The notes below the pieces were generated by a model. That model saw only the letters and a program-made list of their open reading frames with translations, was not told where the DNA came from and ran no database searches. A DNA stretch of 64,000 bases from the NCBI GenBank assembly GCA_963797095.1, contig CAWCNY010000006.1, positions 416,001 to 480,000 on the forward strand, read 5' to 3'. Below, piece by piece: positions 10,517 through 20,924 of the stretch (position 1 is its first letter; the number at the start of each line of letters is the position of its first letter). The translations under genes and the position numbers were made by a program. The DNA comes from an uncultured Chloroflexia bacterium. Lineage in GTDB: Bacteria > Chloroflexota > Chloroflexia > QHBQ01 > JADMIH01.

Positions 10517-11434
10517 TCAGCACTCATAATAGGGCCGCACCAAATGCTTCCAAGTACTCCAATAATCACGCCTGAAATGATACGCGTAGTCTATTCTGCC
10601 AGGCTCGTCCCCCTTCGCCATCCTGCCTTGTCCTGCGGGCTTAGGGTGCTCTTCGTTCCAACCATCAATTAGCTCCCGATCCGGGGGTCTACCTACGTAT
10701 GCTCTCTTGACTGTCAGGTGCTCAGGGTCCGCAGGTGCCCATTGGCTCGCTCCCCTGGCTGCGCCTTCTTCCTCGGTGACCAGACGAAGCTGTTGCGCAA
10801 CGAATCGAAACAGAGCTGCCTTGCGGCTGCTAACGGGCGAACGATAGACATAGCTCTTGCTCTCAGACCCCATCATCGCCCTCTGCAGATTGCGGTAGGT
10901 CTGAGCGACCGATCCTGCGGATATCCAGGGTTGCACTGTGATAGTAATAGCTCCCCAGTCATGAGCCCAGCTCTGGTTCACCTCCGTGTGAGCAGTGATG
11001 GGGTGAAGTGCAGGTGGCTTGCCTGTGAGTATGAACCACAAAGTATCCGCCTTGCGCCAGCCAAAGCTGTCCGCCAAATAGTCAGCAATCCAAACCATTT
11101 CACCAAATATCGAGTTTTTTGCATAGTAAATGAGATCATGAAGATTGTCGGAGGGAATACTCATTTGAAACGCTTCCAGCATGGGTCGGCCTTCCTGCTC
11201 TGCAATGGTCGGGTCGTTGGTTAGCGACACTATATAGTCGATGGGCTCTTCATCATCATCTGTTTCAAGCAACATGACGACGTGATATTTGTGTGCTCCG
11301 GCCTCGTTCCAGTCCGGTTCCCACTCCCACTCCTCATTGCCTTCCACAAGTCCGTGCTCAGCCAAGAACCCAAGGTAAGGGACCGCACCCACGCTTTCTA
11401 ACGGCAGGAAACGCGTCACCGGAGAGCTAATCAA
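10517..11434 (-). CDS. Hypothetical island protein, probably 5'-truncated
   Basis: 305-aa ORF with a TTG start. The frame stays open upstream to a TGA near 11492, where the primase fragment begins. Confidence 0.55.
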   Translation of the reverse strand: MISSPVTRFLPLESVGAVPYLGFLAEHGLVEGNEEWEWEPDWNEAGAHKYHVVMLLETDDDEEPIDYIVSLTNDPTIAEQEGRPMLEAFQMSIPSDNLHDLIYYAKNSIFGEMVWIADYLADSFGWRKADTLWFILTGKPPALHPITAHTEVNQSWAHDWGAITITVQPWISAGSVAQTYRNLQRAMMGSESKSYVYRSPVSSRKAALFRFVAQQLRLVTEEEGAARGASQWAPADPEHLTVKRAYVGRPPDRELIDGWNEEHPKPAGQGRMAKGDEPGRIDYAYHFRRDYWSTWKHLVRPYYEC

Positions 11435-11541
11435 GGCTCGAGCTTGCTCGGGCGCGAGCGTACCTTCGACGCTTCCAAAGAGCTGTTGTAATCACAAACG
11501 ATGACTGGCCGGGAATCGAGGAACAGCGCGCCATCGAAGAG

Positions 11542-12118
11542 GTGCTCACAGAGGCGGCACGCTTCTACAACTCGCGTCTCGGTGACGACGGACTCCGCTA
11601 CTTGCAGGGACGCGGCGTCAGCGAGGAGAGCATCCACCGCTTCGTGCTCGGCTACGCCGAAGGTCATGGTGCTCTTGCTGACCACCTGCAGGCGCAAGGT
11701 TATGCTCTAGACCTGCGCGATAGCGCAGGTGTTCTCCAACCAGATTCCGAACGATCCGAAAGCTCTGAAGGTTCTGAGGGTTTTGGAAGCTCTCAGGAGG
11801 CTCGTCCACGCGATTTCTTTCGGGACCGCTTGATCTTGCCTACCCTGAAGTGGGGTCGAGTAGTTGGCATGCAGGGACGCAAGCTCCACGACAGCATCGA
11901 GCCCAAATATCTCAATCTGCCCGGCGCAAAGGAGCACCTCTACAACGAAGACGCCCTTGTGTCCAAGCACCCCCTATTGGTCGAAGGTCCCATCGACGCC
12001 ATCATCGCTACTCAGGCCGGCTACGACGCAGCGGCTCTGCTCGGCACTCAGTTTTCGCCTGCTCAGGCGAGTAAATTCGACCGATGTGATGCCGTATATG
12101 TCGTGCTCGACCCCGACC
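11542..12118 (+). pseudogene. DnaG-like primase fragment (catalytic core/TOPRIM), truncated at both ends
   Basis: YLQGRG..LGYA, DFFRDRLILP, GRK..PKYLNLP, LVEGPIDAI, ALLGT, LDPD; no zinc-binding domain; fused to antisense MTase sequence. Confidence 0.85.
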
Positions 12119-14224
12119 AGATGGTTGTCAGCCACAGGGAGAGCTTGCCCATCTCCACCGCCATCGGGTTGATGTCCACTCCATGAATGCAGCGGTCGCA
12201 AACGATGCGGCGGGCCAATGCCAGGCGTTCCTCGGCGTCTCGGAGGATTGGCTGTTCTGTGGGGTCGCCGGTGGACAGGTCGCCCTCGGGAGTAATCACC
12301 AGCCTGCCCGTATTGGCCTCCTCGATGCGCTGCCAGGCTTCTACCAGCTTCTCAGGGAGGTAGCGCACCGCTTGCACCAGGAATGCGCCGCTGCCCATCG
12401 CCATGTCGCACACCTTCAGCTCAAGGATCTCCGGTGGGGTGATGAGGGTCTCGGGCGTAGGGTCCACGCCGTCAGCCATGCCGCGATAGACCAGCGGGTC
12501 GAGTGCGTGCTGCACGATCGGCTCGGTGAGGCTACGTGGGGTGTAGTGGGTGCCGGTCTCTCGGCGGTCGGCTCCCGCGGTCACGTACACACTGCCGGTC
12601 GTGATTACCACCGGATAGCCGAAGCCGTCATCGCGCACCAAGCCTGCGAACGGTCGCACCCGCTCCAGTAGGGCCTCGTCATTATCGCAAGCGGCGCGGA
12701 ACCGCCCCAGGTCGAACACAACCAACTCCTGAGCCAGACCTTTGCGTAGCGCGCTGGTCGAACGGCCCGTTTCCTTCTTGAGGAACTCCAAAAGGGTGTC
12801 TTCACCATTGGCCGCAAGTGCCTCAAGCTCGGACAATGCCACTTCCGGTTCGCTGTTCTTGGTGCCGGCCAACCCCAACACCGGCTCGCTCGCCCGTACC
12901 GCGGTGTGATCGAGCAGACCTTCGTAAACGTGGCCAATCTGCTCCACGTCGAGGGCGCGGAAGGAGAGACGCCGCGGCTCGGCGGGCCCGCCGCCCGGCA
13001 CCTTCACCTGCAGCACCTGAAAGGCTTCCAGCAGATGCAGCACGGTGCGGTTGTCGATGGGCAAGGGTTGGGCGGGAGTGTCCTCCCAGCTTGTGCCGCG
13101 AGCGCGGCCCTCAAGGAACGGGTAGGCGTCGGGGTCGAACAGGCGACCGCCGTACGCGGGAAGCGTCATGCGGTCGTGGTTGGAGCCGCCGTACACCAGG
13201 CGGAAGGTGGCGAGCAGGCGGCTCCAGGCGTCGCGGCGTCGCTCCAGCACCTCTTCTCCATATTGGTCGGCAGTCTCACGCAGCTGAGCGCGTAGGGTAG
13301 ACACTGCGTAATACTGGTCGTACAGCGGGTCTCCCAGCAGGAGCATGCCGCGCTCCTCGGCCGAGAAAAGGAACACCAAGCGCATCATCACAGTGAGCGC
13401 GCCCTCGTATAGTCGCTTCTCGCCCACGCCTTCGAGGAGGGTGCGGCCGCGGTCCTTATCGATACCGTCGAGCCTCTGCACTAGCACCTCGACTGCCCGG
13501 CGCACCTGGTAGCCCAATTGATCGGTGACTTCCTGCTGGTCGGTGGCGCTCTCGGTAAGCAGCGCTTCCAAGGTCTCGTTGCCGGCCACTCAAAAGAAGC
13601 GATGCATCCCGAGCAGGCTCTTGAACGCCCGCAGAGTGATAGGCTCCTCACCCCACAGCGAGGCATACCACGAGGCAAGGCCAGTGGTGTCACCCCGTGG
13701 TGCGCTCACCAGCATCCACTGCTCGCCATTTGTGAGGAGGCCCAGACGCACGTTGGACGCGTGCAATAGCTCGATCATGCGGGTGGCGGGCGAGGCTTTC
13801 CAGTGGCGGTCCTTCAGGGGCTTCTCCAGGCCCTGATTGGGTGGCAGTACCTGCACAAGGAGCTTCACGCTCCCGGTATCGGGGTCGCGTAGGGCCAGGT
13901 CGGGGCGCAGTGTCTCGCCGTGTTCGGCTATGTGCGCCTTCAGGCTCTCAGGTAACGCGGGTCCTTCAGCGATAGCATCAGGAAGCCACTCGAGCGCCAT
14001 CGAAAGAACGTAGCGTATCCACGCGTTGTGGATTGCTGGGTCAGGTCGCCGCGCTTCATTGTTGTCAACCACTCCTCGTACGCCAGGCGCAGATTGCGCG
14101 CAACCTTGGTGTCGACCATGTCTAGGCCTTGGGGGAAGGCGCGCATGAGCACCGGCATGCTGAGGAAGGGGCCGGAGATTTCCACAAGCGAGAGCCATTC
14201 TGCATGGTGGCGGGCAATAGACAC
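12118..14224 (-). pseudogene. drmMI: DISARM class I N6-adenine methyltransferase DrmMI (type IIG-like), disrupted and 3'-truncated
   Basis: HAEWLSLVEISGPFLS N-terminus, LDVEQIGHVYEGLL, TGTHYTPR, CDMAMGSGAFL, GVDINPMAVEMGKLSLWL. Frameshift ~14070 and TGA at 13590; ends before the NPPF/Y motif. Confidence 0.8.
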
Positions 14225-17200
14225 TACCTGCTTCCTCCTCTCTCCATTTCGCGAGCTATCTTCTCAGGTACCAGGTAGGTCATGGCGACAGGGAATAGGC
14301 GGGGGCGCGGGTCGGCGAAGCGAGAGCGAATCGCCTCGGTCTCCTGCTCGATCTCGCCTGGTATCTGCTCGGCACGCTCGCTCAGGCTGTCGCGGTCACG
14401 CTTCCACTGCTCCTGCTCGGTCTGATTGAACAGCTCGAGCTGTATTGGCCCTTCGAGCTTGCGCAGCTCCGCGAGGATGCTCGTTCGCAACTCGGTCAGG
14501 ATAGCAGTAATGTCGCTGATCTCCTTCTCGGCGCGGTCGGCAAGCTGTTTCTGCAGGCCCGCAGTGCGCTCCCGCATCCTCACATCGAGAGCCTGGTGCA
14601 CCGCCTGCTCGTGGCTGGGCCACAGGTCAGCTAGCCTTTGCTTCAGAGAGTTGGGTATGGCCGACGTACCCGCGTCACTGTAGGTCTCGGCAGCCTGCAG
14701 CGCCCGCTGCACCTCTCCCACGCCCATGCGAGCGAACCGGCCTTCGCGCAGCACACCCCCAGCGGTGATTATCTCTTCGTGCAAGCGCTGGTTGTCGCTC
14801 CCTGTGAGCATCAACCGGGCGTGGGCGATCACCGCCGGCGTGTCGAGCGCATCGTTAGGCACTAGGAGTGCGGTCACCCGATTCAGCTTGCGAAGGTGGG
14901 TTGGGGACCACACCTCGGCACGCAGCAGGCGAAGGGCCATTTGCACTAATCTGTGATTGAGGTGGACCAGCACCACGTCGTCTCGCCCATTCGCCAGGTC
15001 GTGATCAAACACAATGGGCCGGACCTGCCGGGTGTGCGGGTGCTCAAGACCTTCAGAGCATGCGGCCCAGCTGCCCCTCAATGGCGGCATCACGAACACC
15101 GTACTATGCTTGCGTCTTCCTGAGGGGTCAGGCCAGATGCCGGCGAGCTCAGTGGGGCGGAGAGGCGGTTGGCCTGCATGCTCCAGTGCGATCTCTATCA
15201 CCGCCTGGGTGTTTTCCGGCGAAACACGCAGATCTCAACGACTTTCCTGCAACTGCTCGTGGAGGGCCTCTATCTGCTCGCGCAACTTGCGCTCGAAACG
15301 CAGCATCCGGCGTACTCCCTCTGATTCGTTCTCGGCCGAGATGGTGTCCAACTGTGTGCGCCGTCCCAGCATGGCCTCCTCGACCTGCTCGGCGATCACC
15401 GGCCCTACCTTGCCCAGATCCTCGCGTATGTTGTTCACCTTGATGGCTGCTCGCATGAGAAATTCGAGATCGCCTTCCAGTTCGCCCGGAGGCGTGCCGG
15501 CCATCAGTTGCCGCTGTTTGTAGCCTGCTCCGACGAAGTGGTAGATCCACACCACACTTCAGGTGCTCGCTGGCCGTGCCGGTCGATGCGCCCATTGCGC
15601 TGCTCAAGGCGGTTCGGGTTCCAGGGGACTCCATATGGATCAGGTGCGAGCAGTGGTTCTGCAAGTCTATGCCTTCAGATGCGGCGTCTGTGGCGAGCAG
15701 GATACGCACTGGGGAGACGAAAGGATCGGCCTGGAATGCCGCCTTGATCGCTTCCCGGCTCTCCTGGTCCATACCTCCATAGAGGGTCATGAGCCGCCCG
15801 GCCTCCGCAAGCCCTGCGGTCGCGAGCATGCTCTGTAGCCACTTCTGGGTATCGCGGTACTCGGTGAAGATGATCGCGCGCTCGTTAGTCCACTTGCCGC
15901 TCGGCTTGACGTTGTCGTGCAGCCACCGGATCATCTCCTCGGTCTTGCTGTCCGGATACTTGCGAGCCCGCTCTGCCCAGGTGCGCATCTCTGTCCGTAG
16001 CCTATCCTCTTCTACTGTTGGAGCGCGGAAAAGGCGGGTGGCGGTTTCGACTGCGTCGCTGGTGGCATCCTCTGCCAAGAAGTCGTCCCCAAACTCCTCG
16101 TCTACCTGCTCGACCTGGCGGCGCAGTATGCCCATCGTGGGGCGAGCGATCGCGGAGGGGGCACGCTTGCGGGCGTTCTGCAGAGATTGTTCGTGCTGGG
16201 CGAGGGTCTTGGCAAACGCCTCCGGAGAGGAGAACAGCCTCCTTTTGAGCAGCTTGAGCACGAAATCCGTGGCATACTTCTCGGTAGGGTCAGCGGCCGC
16301 GCGCTGGCGCAGCTTGCTGTACTGCTGGAGCAGCCGGTGAATTAGCCGCTCCTCCTCCATGTAGTTGACCTCGATAGGCTCCAATTTTCGTTCGGGAAAC
16401 CGGCGAGTACCATCCCACCTCAGGGGCATCTCCGACTTGAGCCGGCGCACCATTACAGCGCCTAGCTGCTCCCGGTCGGGCTGGACGCCGCAGGCAAAGC
16501 GCTGGCTGTCCAAGAGTTCCAGCAGAGCTGTGAAGCTCTCCGAGTAGCCGTTGTGGGGCGTCGCGGAGAGAAATAGCTTGTGCTCGAAGTGTGGCGCCAG
16601 CCTGCGTATGGCCTGAGTGCGCTGCGAATCGGTGGCGTACTTGCCCCTGCCGCTTGGCGCCACATTATGTGCTTCATCGATGATCAGTAGGTCGAACCGC
16701 CGCGGGTAGGTCGACTCGCCCTCCGCGGGCAGCACTTCGCTCATGAGGCGCATGGGCCGCTCACGCTTGAGGAAATCTATCGAGGTAATGAGCCGCGGAA
16801 AGTGGGTCCACGGGTTGACATGGAGGCCACGCTGGCGGCGCAGCTCCTTCATCAGCTCGGTATCTACGATGCGGAACTCAAGCCCGAACTTGTCGCGCAT
16901 CTGGTCCCGCCACTGTATTTGCAGTGCAGCGGGGCACACGACCAGTACCGTGCGCACGCGGTGGCGGAGAATCAGCTCCTGCACAACCAGGCCCGCTTCA
17001 ATCGTTTTGCCCAACCCGACATCGTCAGCTACAAGTAGGTTGGCTCGCGGCATCTGTATGGCACGCACGACCGGATCGAGTTGGTAGTCCTCTATCTCGA
17101 TGCCGCTGCGAAACGGCGAAAGGAGTGAGCGCACGTCGGCGCTGGAAGAAGCGCCCCAGCGCACTGCGTCGAGGAAAGCGTCGAGCCGATCGGGGTCATC

Positions 17201-17455
17201 AAAACCGTTTGGGGAAGGAAGAGCAGCCTTTTCGGAAATATGAGTGCCTGGCTCTATCTCCCAGATGACCTGAAGCTCTTCTCCCAGGGCATCATCCTCG
17301 ACGGAGGTAAGGGTGACCAGGTGCTGGGGAGCGCCGCCGGCTAATTGAAGAGGGCTAACTGGGAGCGTGCTCTTGGTAACCTCGGCAACGATATAGCGGC
17401 GCTGCCGGACATCGACCAATTGCCCTTGCTCGGGTGAGGTAATGTTGTGTACCAA
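14224..17455 (-). pseudogene. drmD: DISARM SNF2-like helicase DrmD, disrupted
   Basis: PEQGQLVDVRQR N-terminus, [47 protein letters not shown]-terminal PRLFPVA..LVP. Frameshifts ~15630 and ~15555, in-frame TGA at 15235. Confidence 0.85.
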
Positions 17456-17536
17456 GGTCCCTCCGCTCCGTAGGTCTAGCGAATAGGTAAATCGGCAGAA
17501 GAGGACTTGCCTAAAACAATGGTAGCGCTCTAGCTA

Positions 17537-17575
17537 GTGACATCCCTCGCGAAATGTGACATGAATGTGACATGG
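17537..17575. repeat. GTGACAT direct repeats next to the tRNA 3' end (putative integrase arm sites)
   Basis: AGTGACAT..TGTGACATGAATGTGACATGG, the same motif as at ~7270 and ~10472. Confidence 0.65.
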
Positions 17576-17638
17576 CGCGCAAAAGAGGGCTCATTAGCCC
17601 CCTTTCCGTGCGTAAAATTAGAACAAAACCGCTAAATG

Positions 17639-17721
17639 TGCCGAAGGTGGGATTCGAACCCACATGGGGCTACCCCCACCCGCTTTTGAGGCGGGCGCGT
17701 CTGCCGTTCCGCCACTTCGGC
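17639..17721 (-). tRNA. tRNA-Leu(CAA)
   Basis: Acceptor GCCGAAG/CTTCGGC, D-arm GGCGGAACGGCAGACGC, anticodon arm CCCGC-CTCAAAA-GCGGG, long variable arm, GGTTCGAATCC; CCA not encoded. Confidence 0.95.
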
Positions 17722-17747
17722 TCTTTCTCTACCTGCTTGTCCGGGTG

Positions 17748-18131
17748 CTAAAAGCTGATATCCACCGCCATTGGCAGCGACTCCGCTTCCCACCCTGTCG
17801 AACGAACCCTGTCCCGCCCGTAATACTTCTTCACCACCAGGCTGCGCGCCAGTTGCTCCTCCTGCGGGTCCGCTACCACCCTTCCCCGCCCCTGAAACTC
17901 CTGGCTCCCGATCCGAACATCTATCGCCGGATTGGCTATGATATTCTTCACCCAATCAGACCGCTCGCCGCCACCTGCCAGCATATAGAACGTGGGCTTA
18001 CCTATCTCAGCAGCGAACCATATCTCTATCGTATGCGCCCGCCCCGTCTTGCGCCCTATTGTCGTCAGGTAGCAGTACTGCTCGTCGGTGGGCAGATCTC
18101 GTCCGTCCAAAGCATCTTCATTATACCTCAT
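17748..18131 (-). CDS. Deazaflavin (F420)-dependent nitroreductase family protein
   Basis: YLTTIGRKTG, SDWVKNIIANP. Confidence 0.8.
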   Translation of the reverse strand: MRYNEDALDGRDLPTDEQYCYLTTIGRKTGRAHTIEIWFAAEIGKPTFYMLAGGGERSDWVKNIIANPAIDVRIGSQEFQGRGRVVADPQEEQLARSLVVKKYYGRDRVRSTGWEAESLPMAVDISF

Positions 18132-18283
18132 CGAGCTTCCTCGATCAACGAACCCTCCTCATTTACATCACCCCCCTCTATAGGCCATAATAAAGACCGC
18201 AAGTGTGCTCACACTGTAGGCATATCTCGTGCTAATAACAACCCATATTCCCTTGATCACCGATCGCCCGGACACCCATCCCT

Positions 18284-20869
18284 ATGAATATACCACCAAC
18301 CTTCACCTTACAACCCGCCACAGCTTCCCCCTCACTCACGCCCGCGCCCACCCACACCCACCCGCGAGCCTCCCATCCTCCAGGCCCCATCACCCTCCGT
18401 TTTGCAAGCGGTGGCAACGACGACAGGCCCACTATCGATGTCGAACGCCGCCGTCGCGACGACTCCTCTGGCAACCGTGAGCGTGCCGATGCACCACATC
18501 GCCGCCGTGACGACGCTTCCTCCCCGCCGCCCACCTCCGGCTCCTCCTCAGGTGGCGGCTGGACCCCTCCTTCCCTTCCCTCCACCACCTCCTCAGGCGG
18601 TGGCGGCGGCTCCATCCCCGGCGGCATGTCAGGTGTTGGCGTGATCGTACTCTTGATCATAATCGCCGTCGTCTATTTCTTATTCCAGGGCGGAACCGTT
18701 CCCACCGACGACAACAACCCCGATAACAACAACCCCCAACCCGCCGTCGTCTCCACTCCCACCCGCCTTGCCGTCCTCTCTACCCCTCGCCCTACCCGCA
18801 CTCCCGGCGGCCCCGACACAGGCGACAAATGGCTTGTCATGCTCTACCAGGACGCCGATGACCAGTCCCTTGAGCAAGACATATTCGTCGATATGAACGA
18901 AGCCGAGCGCGCAGGCTCCGACGATCACGTCCAGGTCGTCTCCCAGCTCGACCGCTACAAAGGTGCGTTCTCAGGCGACGGCAACTGGACTGGGGCCAGG
19001 CGCTACTACATAACCAAAGACGACGATCTCTCCAAGATCAACTCCAAGATGGTGGGCGACCTCGGCGAAGTAGACATGTCCGACCCCAACACTCTGGTAG
19101 ATTTCGCAACCTGGGCTATCAACACCTACCCAGCCGACAAATACGTCCTCATCCTCTCCGACCACGGCATGGGCTGGCCCGGCGGCTGGACCGACCCCAC
19201 CAGCGACAACAGATCGCTCCCCAACGTCCCACTCGCGAGTGCAGTGGACAACCAGATGTTCCTCTCCGACATAGACACCGCCCTCACCCACATACGCTCC
19301 AATACCGGCCTCGATAAGTTCGAGCTTGTCGGCCTTGATGCCTGCCTCATGAGCAGTCTCGAAGTGCTCGACGCTCTCGCCCCCAGCGCCCGCTACGCCG
19401 TTACCTCTCAGGAAACCGAGCCTTCCCTCGGCTGGGCCTATACCAGCTTCCTCGACTCCCTCAAATCCGATCCCACCATGAACGGCGGTGACCTCGCTCA
19501 AGACATTGTGGCAAGCTACATCAAAGACGACCAGCGTATCGTAGACGACCAGGCTCGCAACGATTTCGTGCGCGGTAATTCCCTATCGGGCGGCCTCTTC
19601 GGTGGCGCGCCCTCCGCCGACCAGGTTTCCCAGCAGCTATCCCGCGATGTCACCCTCACCGCCGTTGACCTCGGTGCTCTGCCACAACTAACTGCTGCCG
19701 TGAACGACCTAGCCTTCGATTTCCAGAAAGCCGACCAGCATTCGGTTTCCCAGGCTCGCCAATATGCTCAGCGCTATACAAACGTCTTCGGCGACAACTC
19801 CTCATCGCCCTACATCGATCTCGGCAATTTCCTCCAACTTCTCAAGCAGAAGAACCCATCCGCCACTGTCTCAGGCCAGATCGACAATGTCACCGCCGCC
19901 ATCGGCCAGGTTGTCCTCTCCGAAAAGCACGGCGCGGACAAGCCCGGTGCCACCGGCATCTCGATCTACTTTCCCACGTCCCAGCTTTACAGGTCCCCCG
20001 TGAGCGGGCCGCAATCCTACACCGGGATCGCCAATCGTTTCGCCTCCGACTCTCTCTGGGATAACTTCCTGACCTACTTCTACACCGGGCATACCTTCGA
20101 GAAATCCCCTTCCGTGGTTGGCATCCCCGGCACTTCCGATACCGTGGCCGCTCCCGCTGCCGGTGTGCAGGTCTCTGCCCTCACTGCCAGCGCCCAGGAA
20201 GTATCCATCGGCCAGACCGTCACCCTCAGCGCCGATGTCACCGGCCAGAATGTCGGCTACATCAAACTCTTCACCGGCTACCTTGACGAATCCGCCAACT
20301 CAATCGACATAGTCGATATGGACTACCTCGAAAGCAGCAACACCCGCCAGGTCAACGGTGTCTACTATCCCGATTGGGGCTCCGATGCCTTCACCGTCCG
20401 CTTCAAATGGGACCCAATCGTCTTCGGCATTACCGACGGCACAGACACCGTGCAGGCCCTCCTTACCCCACAAACCTACGGCGCTAGCTCCGCCGACGCC
20501 ATCTACACCGTTGACGGCACTCTCACATTCGCCAACGGCAGCCCCGACCGCTACGCTCGTCTCTACTTCAGAGATGGCGCTCTACAGCAGGTGATGGGCT
20601 TCGACGGGCAGGACGGCACAGGCGCTGCCAGCGCTATCAACCCGCAGAACGGCGATAAGTTCACTATCTATGAGAAATGGATGGACCTGGACTCTAATGG
20701 CAGCGTAACTCAGATCGCCAGTCAGGCGGGTGACACCCTCACCTTCGGCAGCCAATCTTTCACCTGGAAATCGCTCGATGCAGCCGCTGGTCAATATGTG
20801 GTCGGCTTCCTGGTCCAAGACCTGGACGGCAATCCCTACCCAACCTACGCCACCATCACCGTTCGCTAA
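18284..20869 (+). CDS. Membrane-anchored clostripain-like cysteine peptidase (C11)
   Basis: WLVMLYQDADD.LE, LILSDHGMGW (His), GLDACLM (Cys), SQETEP; one TM segment after a disordered N-terminus. Confidence 0.88.
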   Translation: MNIPPTFTLQPATASPSLTPAPTHTHPRASHPPGPITLRFASGGNDDRPTIDVERRRRDDSSGNRERADAPHRRRDDASSPPPTSGSSSGGGWTPPSLPSTTSSGGGGGSIPGGMSGVGVIVLLIIIAVVYFLFQGGTVPTDDNNPDNNNPQPAVVSTPTRLAVLSTPRPTRTPGGPDTGDKWLVMLYQDADDQSLEQDIFVDMNEAERAGSDDHVQVVSQLDRYKGAFSGDGNWTGARRYYITKDDDLSKINSKMVGDLGEVDMSDPNTLVDFATWAINTYPADKYVLILSDHGMGWPGGWTDPTSDNRSLPNVPLASAVDNQMFLSDIDTALTHIRSNTGLDKFELVGLDACLMSSLEVLDALAPSARYAVTSQETEPSLGWAYTSFLDSLKSDPTMNGGDLAQDIVASYIKDDQRIVDDQARNDFVRGNSLSGGLFGGAPSADQVSQQLSRDVTLTAVDLGALPQLTAAVNDLAFDFQKADQHSVSQARQYAQRYTNVFGDNSSSPYIDLGNFLQLLKQKNPSATVSGQIDNVTAAIGQVVLSEKHGADKPGATGISIYFPTSQLYRSPVSGPQSYTGIANRFASDSLWDNFLTYFYTGHTFEKSPSVVGIPGTSDTVAAPAAGVQVSALTASAQEVSIGQTVTLSADVTGQNVGYIKLFTGYLDESANSIDIVDMDYLESSNTRQVNGVYYPDWGSDAFTVRFKWDPIVFGITDGTDTVQALLTPQTYGASSADAIYTVDGTLTFANGSPDRYARLYFRDGALQQVMGFDGQDGTGAASAINPQNGDKFTIYEKWMDLDSNGSVTQIASQAGDTLTFGSQSFTWKSLDAAAGQYVVGFLVQDLDGNPYPTYATITVR

Positions 20870-20885
20870 CCTTCTCAAAATCGTG

Positions 20886-20924
20886 AGACAGAATTGGGGC
20901 CGCGAAGCGGCCCCAATTCTGTCT
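20886..20924. terminator. Bidirectional hairpin between convergent genes
   Basis: AGACAGAATTGGGGCCGC-gaa-GCGGCCCCAATTCTGTCT. Confidence 0.8.

Larger units (their letters stand above)
7159..17652. mobile_element. Decayed genomic island(s) integrated at tRNA-Leu(CAA)
   Basis: 16-bp direct repeat at both ends, degenerate internal att at 10362, integrase, primase and DISARM remnants. Confidence 0.85.

Noticed and set aside
13590-15237. Selenocysteine or recoded TGA in drmMI/drmD
   Set aside because: Co-occurs with frameshifts and truncation; single-base nonsense changes explain it and TGA is a normal stop elsewhere
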